From assembly GCA_964057225.1 (NCBI GenBank), contig OZ059896.1, positions 22,072,001-22,136,000 of the forward strand: DNA of 64,000 bases, given 5' to 3'. This DNA is from Auanema rhodensis (taxonomy: Eukaryota > Animalia > Nematoda). The first letter of the stretch is position 1, and each line of letters opens with the position of its first letter. A program made the translations under genes and the position numbers. The notes beneath the pieces were generated by a model. That model was given only the letters and a program-made list of their open reading frames with translations, had not been told where the DNA came from and made no database searches. Shown here in pieces: positions 54,501 to 64,000 of this stretch.

Positions 54501-57500
54501 TTTTCACCCTGAAGAATTAATTTTTTCGTTGAATAACATTGTCCATCGTCTTTGCCTTAAAAAAAGGAATCTAAAAACATCTACTTTTTGCTAAATTAAT
54601 TTGAAATTTTTCGAAAAAATTTTTGTCAAAATGTTTTTGGAAGCAATGTTGAGTGTACATGGAAACTCAACATACACTAATGCATCATTTTTCAAACGAT
54701 CATAACTAATTTTTGTATTAAGCGTTTCTCAATGTAGTATAGTGCATTCGATGCGGATTTTTAAGCTGCGTCGATCTGTGTTATCAGATTTGCGCTAGCT
54801 TAAAAATGCACCGAGATATCAACTGATATAAGTTCACACTTATATCATCGATTTTCACCCTGAAGAATTAATTTTTTCGTTGAATAACATTGTCCATCGT
54901 CTTTGCCTTAAAAAAAGGAATCTAAAAACATCTACTTTTTGCTAAATTATTTTGAAATTTTTCGAAAAAATTTTTGTCAAAATGTTTTTGGAAGCAATGT
55001 TGAGTGTACATGGAAACTCAACATACACTAATGCATCATTTTTCAAACGATCATAACTAATTTTTGTATTAAGCGTTTCTCAATGTAGTATAGTGCATTC
55101 GATGCGGATTTTTAAGCTGCGTCGATCTGTGTTATCAGATTTGCGCTAGCTTAAAAATGCACCGAGATATCAACTGATTTAAGTTCACACTTATATCATC
55201 GATTTTCACCCTGAAGAATTAATTTTTTCGTTGAATAACATTGTCCATCGTCTTTGCCTTAAAAAAAGGAATCTAAAAACATCTACTTTTTGCTAAATTA
55301 ATTTGAAATTTTTCGAAAAAATTTTTGTCAAAATGTTTTTGGAAGCAATGTTGAGTGTACATGGAAACTCAACATACACTAATGCATCATTTTTCAAACG
55401 ATCATAACTAATTTTTGTATTAAGCGTTTCTCAATGTAGTATAGTGCATTCGATGCGGATTTTTAAGCTGCGTCGATCTGTGTTATCAGATTTGCGCTAG
55501 CTTAAAAATGCACCGAGATATCAACTGATATAAGTTCACACTTATATCATCGATTTTCACCCTGAAGAATTAATTTTTTCGTTGAATAACATTGTCCATC
55601 GTCTTTGCCTTAAAAAAAGGAATCTAAAAACATCTACTTTTTGCTAAATTATTTTGAAATTTTTCGAAAAAATTTTTGTCAAAATGTTTTTGGAAGCAAT
55701 GTTGAGTGTACATGGAAACTCAACATACACTAATGCATCATTTTTCAAACGATCATAACTAATTTTTGTATTAAGCGTTTCTCAATGTAGTATAGTGCAT
55801 TCGATGCGGATTTTTAAGCTGCGTCGATCTGTGTTATCAGATTTGCGCTAGCTTAAAAATGCACCGAGATATCAACTGATTTAAGTTCACACTTATATCA
55901 TCGATTTTCACCCTGAAGAATTAATTTTTTCGTTGAATAACATTGTCCATCGTCTTTGCCTTAAAAAAAGGAATCTAAAAACATCTACTTTTTGCTAAAT
56001 TAATTTGAAATTTTTCGAAAAAATTTTTGTCAAAATGTTTTTGGAAGCAATGTTGAGTGTACATGGAAACTCAACATACACTAATGCATCATTTTTCAAA
56101 CGATCATAACTAATTTTTGTATTAAGCGTTTCTCAATGTAGTATAGTGCATTCGATGCGGATTTTTAAGCTGCGTCGATCTGTGTTATCAGATTTGCGCT
56201 AGCTTAAAAATGCACCGAGATATCAACTGATATAAGTTCACACTTATATCATCGATTTTCACCCTGAAGAATTAATTTTTTCGTTGAATAACATTGTCCA
56301 TCGTCTTTGCCTTAAAAAAAGGAATCTAAAAACATCTACTTTTTGCTAAATTATTTTGAAATTTTTCGAAAAAATTTTTGTCAAAATGTTTTTGGAAGCA
56401 ATGTTGAGTGTACATGGAAACTCAACATACACTAATGCATCATTTTTCAAACGATCATAACTAATTTTTGTATTAAGCGTTTCTCAATGTAGTATAGTGC
56501 ATTCGATGCGGATTTTTAAGCTGCGTCGATCTGTGTTATCAGATTTGCGCTAGCTTAAAAATGCACCGAGATATCAACTGATATAAGTTCACACTTATAT
56601 CATCGATTTTCACCCTGAAGAATTAATTTTTTCGTTGAATAACATTGTCCATCGTCTTTGCCTTAAAAAAAGGAATCTAAAAACATCTACTTTTTGCTAA
56701 ATTATTTTGAAATTTTTCGAAAAAATTTTTGTCAAAATGTTTTTGGAAGCAATGTTGAGTGTACATGGAAACTCAACATACACTAATGCATCATTTTTCA
56801 AACGATCATAACTAATTTTTGTATTAAGCGTTTCTCAATGTAGTATAGTGCATTCGATGCGGATTTTTAAGCTGCGTCGATCTGTGTTATCAGATTTGCG
56901 CTAGCTTAAAAATGCACCGAGATATCAACTGATATAAGTTCACACTTATATCATCGATTTTCACCCTGAAGAATTAATTTTTTCGTTGAATAACATTGTC
57001 CATCGTCTTTGCCTTAAAAAAAGGAATCTAAAAACATCTACTTTTTGCTAAATTATTTTGAAATTTTTCGAAAAAATTTTTGTCAAAATGTTTTTGGAAG
57101 CAATGTTGAGTGTACATGGAAACTCAACATACACTAATGCATCATTTTTCAAACGATCATAACTAATTTTTGTATTAAGCGTTTCTCAATGTAGTATAGT
57201 GCATTCGATGCGGATTTTTAAGCTGCGTCGATCTGTGTTATCAGATTTGCGCTAGCTTAAAAATGCACCGAGATATCAACTGATATAAGTTCACACTTAT
57301 ATCATCGATTTTCACCCTGAAGAATTAATTTTTTCGTTGAATAACATTGTCCATCGTCTTTGCCTTAAAAAAAGGAATCTAAAAACATCTACTTTTTGCT
57401 AAATTATTTTGAAATTTTTCGAAAAAATTTTTGTCAAAATGTTTTTGGAAGCAATGTTGAGTGTACATGGAAACTCAACATACACTAATGCATCATTTTT

Positions 57501-60500
57501 CAAACGATCATAACTAATTTTTGTATTAAGCGTTTCTCAATGTAGTATAGTGCATTCGATGCGGATTTTTAAGCTGCGTCGATCTGTGTTATCAGATTTG
57601 CGCTAGCTTAAAAATGCACCGAGATATCAACTGATATAAGTTCACACTTATATCCTCGATTTTCACCCTGAAGAATTAATTTTTTCGTAGAATAACATTG
57701 TCCATCGTCTTTGCCTTGAAAAAAGGAATCTAAAAACATCTACTTTTTGCTAAATTATTTTGAAATTTTTCGAAAAAATTTTTGTCAAAATGTTTTTGGA
57801 AGCAATGTTGAGTGTACATGGAAACTCAACATACACTAATGCATCATTTTCCAAACGATCATAACTAATTTTTGTATTAAGCGTTTCTCAATGTAGTATA
57901 GTGCATTCGATGCGGATTTTTAAGCTGCGTCGATCTGTGTTATCAGATTTGCGCTAGCTTAAAAATGCACCGATATATCAACTGATATAAGTTCACACTT
58001 ATATCCTCGATTTTCACCCTGAAGAATTAATTTTTTCGTAGAATAACATTGTCCATCGTCTTTGCCTTGAAAAAAGGAATCTAAAAACATCTACTTTTTG
58101 CTAAATTATTTTGAAATTTTTCGAAAAAATTTTTGTCAAAATGTTTTTGGAAGCAATGTTGAGTGTACATGGAAACTCAACATACACTAATGCATCATTT
58201 TCCAAACGATCATAACTAATTTTTGTATTAAGCGTTTCTCAATGTAGTATAGTGCATTCGATGCGGATTTTTAAGCTGCGTCGATCTGTGTTATCAGATT
58301 TGCGCTAGCTTAAAAATGCACCGATATATCAACTGATATAAGTTCACACTTATATCCTCGATTTTCACCCTGAAGAATTAATTTTTTCGTAGAATAACAT
58401 TGTCCATCGTCTTTGCCTTGAAAAAAGGAATCTAAAAACATCTACTTTTTGCTAAATTATTTTGAAATTTTTCGAAAAAATTTTTGTCAAAATGTTTTTG
58501 GAAGCAATGTTGAGTGTACATGGAAACTCAACATACACTAATGCATCATTTTCCAAACGATCATAACTAATTTTTGTATTAAGCGTTTCTCAATGTAGTA
58601 TAGTGCATTCGATGCGGATTTTTAAGCTGCGTCGATCTGTGTTATCAGATTTGCGCTAGCTTAAAAATGCACCGATATATCAACTGATATAAGTTCACAC
58701 TTATATCCTCGATTTTCACCCTGAAGAATTAATTTTTTCGTAGAATAACATTGTCCATCGTCTTTGCCTTGAAAAAAGGAATCTAAAAACATCTACTTTT
58801 TGCTAAATTATTTTGAAATTTTTCGAAAAAATTTTTGTCAAAATGTTTTTGGAAGCAATGTTGAGTGTACATGGAAACTCAACATACACTAATGCATCAT
58901 TTTTCAAACGATCATAACTAATTTTTGTATTAAGCGTTTCTCAATGTAGTATAGTGCATTCGATGCGGATTTTTAAGCTGCGTCGATCTGTGTTATCAGA
59001 TTTGCGCTAGCTTAAAAATGCACCGAGATATCAACTGATATAAGTTCACACTTATATCATCGATTTTCACCCTGAAGAATTAATTTTTTCGTTGAATAAC
59101 ATTGTCCATCGTCTTTGCCTTAAAAAAAGGAATCTAAAAACATCTACTTTTTGCTAAATTAATTTGAAATTTTTCGAAAAAATTTTTGTCAAAATGTTTT
59201 TGGAAGCAATGTTGAGTGTACATGGAAACTCAACATACACTAATGCATCATTTTTCAAACGATCATAACTAATTTTTGTATTAAGCGTTTCTCAATGTAG
59301 TATAGTGCATTCGATGCGGATTTTTAAGCTGCGTCGATCTGTGTTATCAGATTTGCGCTAGCTTAAAATTGCACCGATATATCAACTGATATAAGTTCAC
59401 ACTTATATCCTCGATTTTCACCCTGAAGAATTAATTTTTTCGTAGAATAACATTGTCCATCGTCTTTGCCTTGAAAAAAGGAATCTAAAAACATCTACTT
59501 TTTGCTAAATTATTTTGAAATTTTTCGAAAAAATTTTTGTCAAAATGTTTTTGGAAGCAATGTTGAGTGTACATGGAAACTCAACATACACTAATGCATC
59601 ATTTTTCAAACGATCATAACTAATTTTTGTATTAAGCGTTTCTCAATGTAGTATAGTGCATTCGATGTGGATTTTTAAGATGCGTCGATCTGTGTTATCA
59701 GATTTGCGCTAGCTTAAAAATGCACCGAGATATCAACTGATATAAGTTCACACTTATATCCTCGATTTTCACCCTGAAGAATTAATTTTTTCGTAGAATA
59801 ACATTGTCCATCGTCTTTGCCTTAAAAAAAGGAATCTAAAAACATCTACTTTTTGCTAAATTATTTTGAAATTTTTCGAAAAAATTTTTGTCAAAATGTT
59901 TTTGGAAGCAATGTTGAGTGTACATGGAAACTCAACATACACTAATGCATCATTTTTCAAACGATCATAACTAATTTTTGTATTAAGCGTTTCTCAATGT
60001 AGTATAGTGCATTCGATGCGGATTTTTAAGCTGCGTCGATCTGTGTTATCAGATTTGCGCTAGCTTAAAAATGCACCGAGATATCAACTGATATAAGTTC
60101 ACACTTATATCCTCGATTTTCACCCTGAAGAATTAATTTTTTCGTAGAATAACATTGTCCATCGTCTTTGCCTTGAAAAAAGGAATCTAAAAACATCTAC
60201 TTTTTGCTAAATTATTTTGAAATTTTTCGAAAAAATTTTTGTCAAAATGTTTTTGGAAGCAATGTGGAGTGTACATGGAAACTCAACATACACTAATGCA
60301 TCATTTTCCGAACGATCATAACTAATTTTTGTATTAAGCGTTTCTCAATGTAGTATAGTGCATTCGATGCGGATTTTTAAGCTGCGTCGATCTGTGTTAT
60401 CAGATTTGCGCTAGCTTAAAAATGCACCGATATATCAACTGATATAAGTTCACACTTATATCCTCGATTTTCACCCTGAAGAATTAATTTTTTCGTAGAA

Positions 60501-63500
60501 TAACATTGTCCATCGTCTTTGCCTTGAAAAAAGGAATCTAAAAACATCTACTTTTTGCTAAATTATTTTGAAATTTTTCGAAAAAATTTTTGTCAAAATG
60601 TTTTTGGAAGCAATGTTGAGTGTACATGGAAACTCAACATACACTAATGCATCATTTTTCAAACGATCATAACTAATTTTTGTATTAAGCGTTTCTCAAT
60701 GTAGTATAGTGCATTCGATGCGGATTTTTAAGCTGCGTCGATCTGTGTTATCAGATTTGCGCTAGCTTAAAAATGCACCGAGATATCAACTGATTTAAGT
60801 TCACACTTATATCATCGATTTTCACCCTGAAGAATTAATTTTTTCGTTGAATAACATTGTCCATCGTCTTTGCCTTAAAAAAAGGAATCTAAAAACATCT
60901 ACTTTTTGCTAAATTAATTTGAAATTTTTCGAAAAAATTTTTGTCAAAATGTTTTTGGAAGCAATGTTGAGTGTACATGGAAACTCAACATACACTAATG
61001 CATCATTTTTCAAACGATCATAACTAATTTTTGTATTAAGCGTTTCTCAATGTAGTATAGTGCATTCGATGCGGATTTTCAAGCTGCGTCGATCTGTGTT
61101 ATCAGATTTGCGCTAGCTTAAAAATGCACCGAGATATCAACTGATATAAGTTCACACTTATATCATCGATTTTCACCCTGAAGAATTAATTTTTTCGTTG
61201 AATAACATTGTCCATCGTCTTTGCCTTAAAAAAAGGAATCTAAAAACATCTACTTTTTGCTAAATTATTTTGAAATTTTTCGAAAAAATTTTTGTCAAAA
61301 TGTTTTTGGAAGCAATGTTGAGTGTACATGGAAACTCAACATACACTAATGCATCATTTTTCAAACGATCATAACTAATTTTTGTATTAAGCGTTTCTCA
61401 ATGTAGTATAGTGCATTCGATGCGGATTTTTAAGCTGCGTCGATCTGTGTTATCAGATTTGCGCTAGCTTAAAAATGCACCGAGATATCAACTGATATAA
61501 GTTCACACTTATATCATCGATTTTCACCCTGAAGAATTAATTTTTTCGTTGAATAACATTGTCCATCGTCTTTGCCTTAAAAAAAGGAATCTAAAAACAT
61601 CTACTTTTTGCTAAATTATTTTGAAATTTTTCGAAAAAATTTTTGTCAAAATGTTTTTGGAAGCAATGTTGAGTGTACATGGAAACTCAACATACACTAA
61701 TGCATCATTTTTCAAACGATCATAACTAATTTTTGTATTAAGCGTTTCTCAATGTAGTATAGTGCATTCGATGCGGATTTTTAAGCTGCGTCGATCTGTG
61801 TTATCAGATTTGCGCTAGCTTAAAAATGCACCGAGATATCAACTGATATAAGTTCACACTTATATCATCGATTTTCACCCTGAAGAATTAATTTTTTCGT
61901 TGAATAACATTGTCCATCGTCTTTGCCTTAAAAAAAGGAATCTAAAAACATCTACTTTTTGCTAAATTATTTTGAAATTTTTCGAAAAAATTTTTGTCAA
62001 AATGTTTTTGGAAGCAATGTTGAGTGTACATGGAAACTCAACATACACTAATGCATCATTTTTCAAACGATCATAACTAATTTTTGTATTAAGCGTTTCT
62101 CAATGTAGTATAGTGCATTCGATGCGGATTTTTAAGCTGCGTCGATCTGTGTTATCAGATTTGCGCTAGCTTAAAAATGCACCGAGATATCAACTGATAT
62201 AAGTTCACACTTATATCATCGATTTTCACCCTGAAGAATTAATTTTTTCGTTGAATAACATTGTCCATCGTCTTTGCCTTAAAAAAAGGAATCTAAAAAC
62301 ATCTACTTTTTGCTAAATTATTTTGAAATTTTTCGAAAAAATTTTTGTCAAAATGTTTTTGGAAGCAATGTTGAGTGTACATGGAAACTCAACATACACT
62401 AATGCATCATTTTTCAAACGATCATAACTAATTTTTGTATTAAGCGTTTCTCAATGTAGTATAGTGCATTCGATGCGGATTTTTAAGCTGCGTCGATCTG
62501 TGTTATCAGATTTGCGCTAGCTTAAAAATGCACCGAGATATCAACTGATATAAGTTCACACTTATATCCTCGATTTTCACCCTGAAGAATTAATTTTTTC
62601 GTAGAATAACATTGTCCATCGTCTTTGCCTTGAAAAAAGGAATCTAAAAACATCTACTTTTTGCTAAATTATTTTGAAATTTTTCGAAAAAATTTTTGTC
62701 AAAATGTTTTTGGAAGCAATGTTGAGTGTACATGGAAACTCAACATACACTAATGCATCATTTTCCAAACGATCATAACTAATTTTTGTATTAAGCGTTT
62801 CTCAATGTAGTATAGTGCATTCGATGCGGATTTTTAAGCTGCGTCGATCTGTGTTATCAGATTTGCGCTAGCTTAAAAATGCACCGATATATCAACTGAT
62901 ATAAGTTCACACTTATATCCTCGATTTTCACCCTGAAGAATTAATTTTTTCGTAGAATAACATTGTCCATCGTCTTTGCCTTGAAAAAAGGAATCTAAAA
63001 ACATCTACTTTTTGCTAAATTATTTTGAAATTTTTCGAAAAAATTTTTGTCAAAATGTTTTTGGAAGCAATGTTGAGTGTACATGGAAACTCAACATACA
63101 CTAATGCATCATTTTTCAAACGATCATAACTAATTTTTGTATTAAGCGTTTCTCAATGTAGTATAGTGCATTCGATGCGGATTTTTAAGCTGCGTCGATC
63201 TGTGTTATCAGATTTGCGCTAGCTTAAAAATGCACCGAGATATCAACTGATATAAGTTCACACTTATATCATCGATTTTCACCCTGAAGAATTAATTTTT
63301 TCGTTGAATAACATTGTCCATCGTCTTTGCCTTAAAAAAAGGAATCTAAAAACATCTACTTTTTGCTAAATTAATTTGAAATTTTTCGAAAAAATTTTTG
63401 TCAAAATGTTTTTGGAAGCAATGTTGAGTGTACATGGAAACTCAACATACACTAATGCATCATTTTTCAAACGATCATAACTAATTTTTGTATTAAGCGT

Positions 63501-64000
63501 TTCTCAATGTAGTATAGTGCATTCGATGCGGATTTTTAAGCTGCGTCGATCTGTGTTATCAGATTTGCGCTAGCTTAAAAATGCACCGAGATATCAACTG
63601 ATATAAGTTCACACTTATATCATCGATTTTCACCCTGAAGAATTAATTTTTTCGTTGAATAACATTGTCCATCGTCTTTGCCTTAATAAAAGGAATCTAA
63701 AAACATCTACTTTTTGCTAAATTAATTTGAAATTTTTCGAAAAAATTTTTGTCAAAATGTTTTTGGAAGCAATGTTGAGTGTACATGGAAACTCAACATA
63801 CACTAATGCATCATTTTTCAAACGATCATAACTAATTTTTGTATTAAGCGTTTCTCAATGTAGTATAGTGCATTCGATGCGGATTTTTAAGCTGCGTCGA
63901 TCTGTGTTATCAGATTTGCGCTAGCTTAAAAATGCACCGAGATATCAACTGATATAAGTTCACACTTATATCATCGATTTTCACCCTGAAGAATTAATTT
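45586..64000. repeat. 12-monomer (4212-bp core) higher-order repeat domain: 3 full copies plus the start of a 4th
   Basis: Copies start at 45586, 51202, 57520 and 62434. The marker monomers (43T+55A followed by 290G+332C+334G) lie at 46990, 48394, 52606 and 59626. Confidence 0.85.

Larger units (their letters stand above)
1..64000. repeat. Tandem satellite DNA array, 351-bp monomer, ~182.5 copies, single orientation, runs off both window ends
   Basis: TTTGTATTAAGCGTTTCTC recurs at 1, 352, 1054 ... 7021, 14041, 21061 (multiples of 351). After +2/-47 bp of indels it recurs at 33301, 40321, 47341, 54361, 61381. Monomers differ by only a few SNPs. Confidence 0.99.

Noticed and set aside
7021-61381. 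Apparent 7020-bp global periodicity
   Set aside because: This is mostly a display effect: 7020 is the least common multiple of 351 and the 60-nt line width. Only M1-3/M21-23 and part of the 12-mer domain truly match at that lag.
1-64000. Repeat-protein CDS, since 351 bp = 117 codons would preserve the frame
   Set aside because: All six frames are closed in the monomer. Plus strand: TAA 8-10, TAG 24-26, TAG 85-87. Minus strand: TTA 7-9, TCA 18-20, TTA 50-52 as read on +.
1-64000. CRISPR-like array or variable-cassette system
   Set aside because: No unique spacers and no cas or other genes. The entire unit is repeated, with only SNP-level variation.
1-64000. Pure assembly or concatemer artefact
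   Set aside because: Hierarchically shared variants and a shared indel indicate real evolutionary history. Exact copy numbers in identical runs (e.g. 56116-57519) still need read support.

Overview
The whole 64 kb window is one uninterrupted head-to-tail satellite DNA array. It has about 182.5 copies of a 351-bp monomer (~31% GC by hand count), all on the same strand. I found no gene, RNA gene, transposon insertion or inversion, and all six reading frames contain stop codons in the monomer. Monomer n starts at 1+351(n-1) up to n=64, at 2+351(n-1) for n=65-91, at 31944 for n=92 and at 351(n-1)-44 from n=93. Only three indels shift this register: two +1 G insertions and one net 47-bp deletion. 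The information lies in the SNP variants and in the monomer's symmetry. Variants reveal a ~9-13 kb block duplication, an A/B dimer domain, and a 12-monomer higher-order repeat whose copies each carry a different internal expansion. The monomer is dense in inverted repeats, and many recurrent SNPs create or perfect palindromes. It looks like eukaryotic (peri)centromeric or heterochromatic satellite DNA (inference), but I cannot name the family or organism. I see no support for a novel gene-encoded system. 'pos' means position within the monomer, and M# is the monomer number. Type A = 159A/170A/190C/207G, type B = 159G/170T/190T/207A, type C = 136A/170T/190C/199A.
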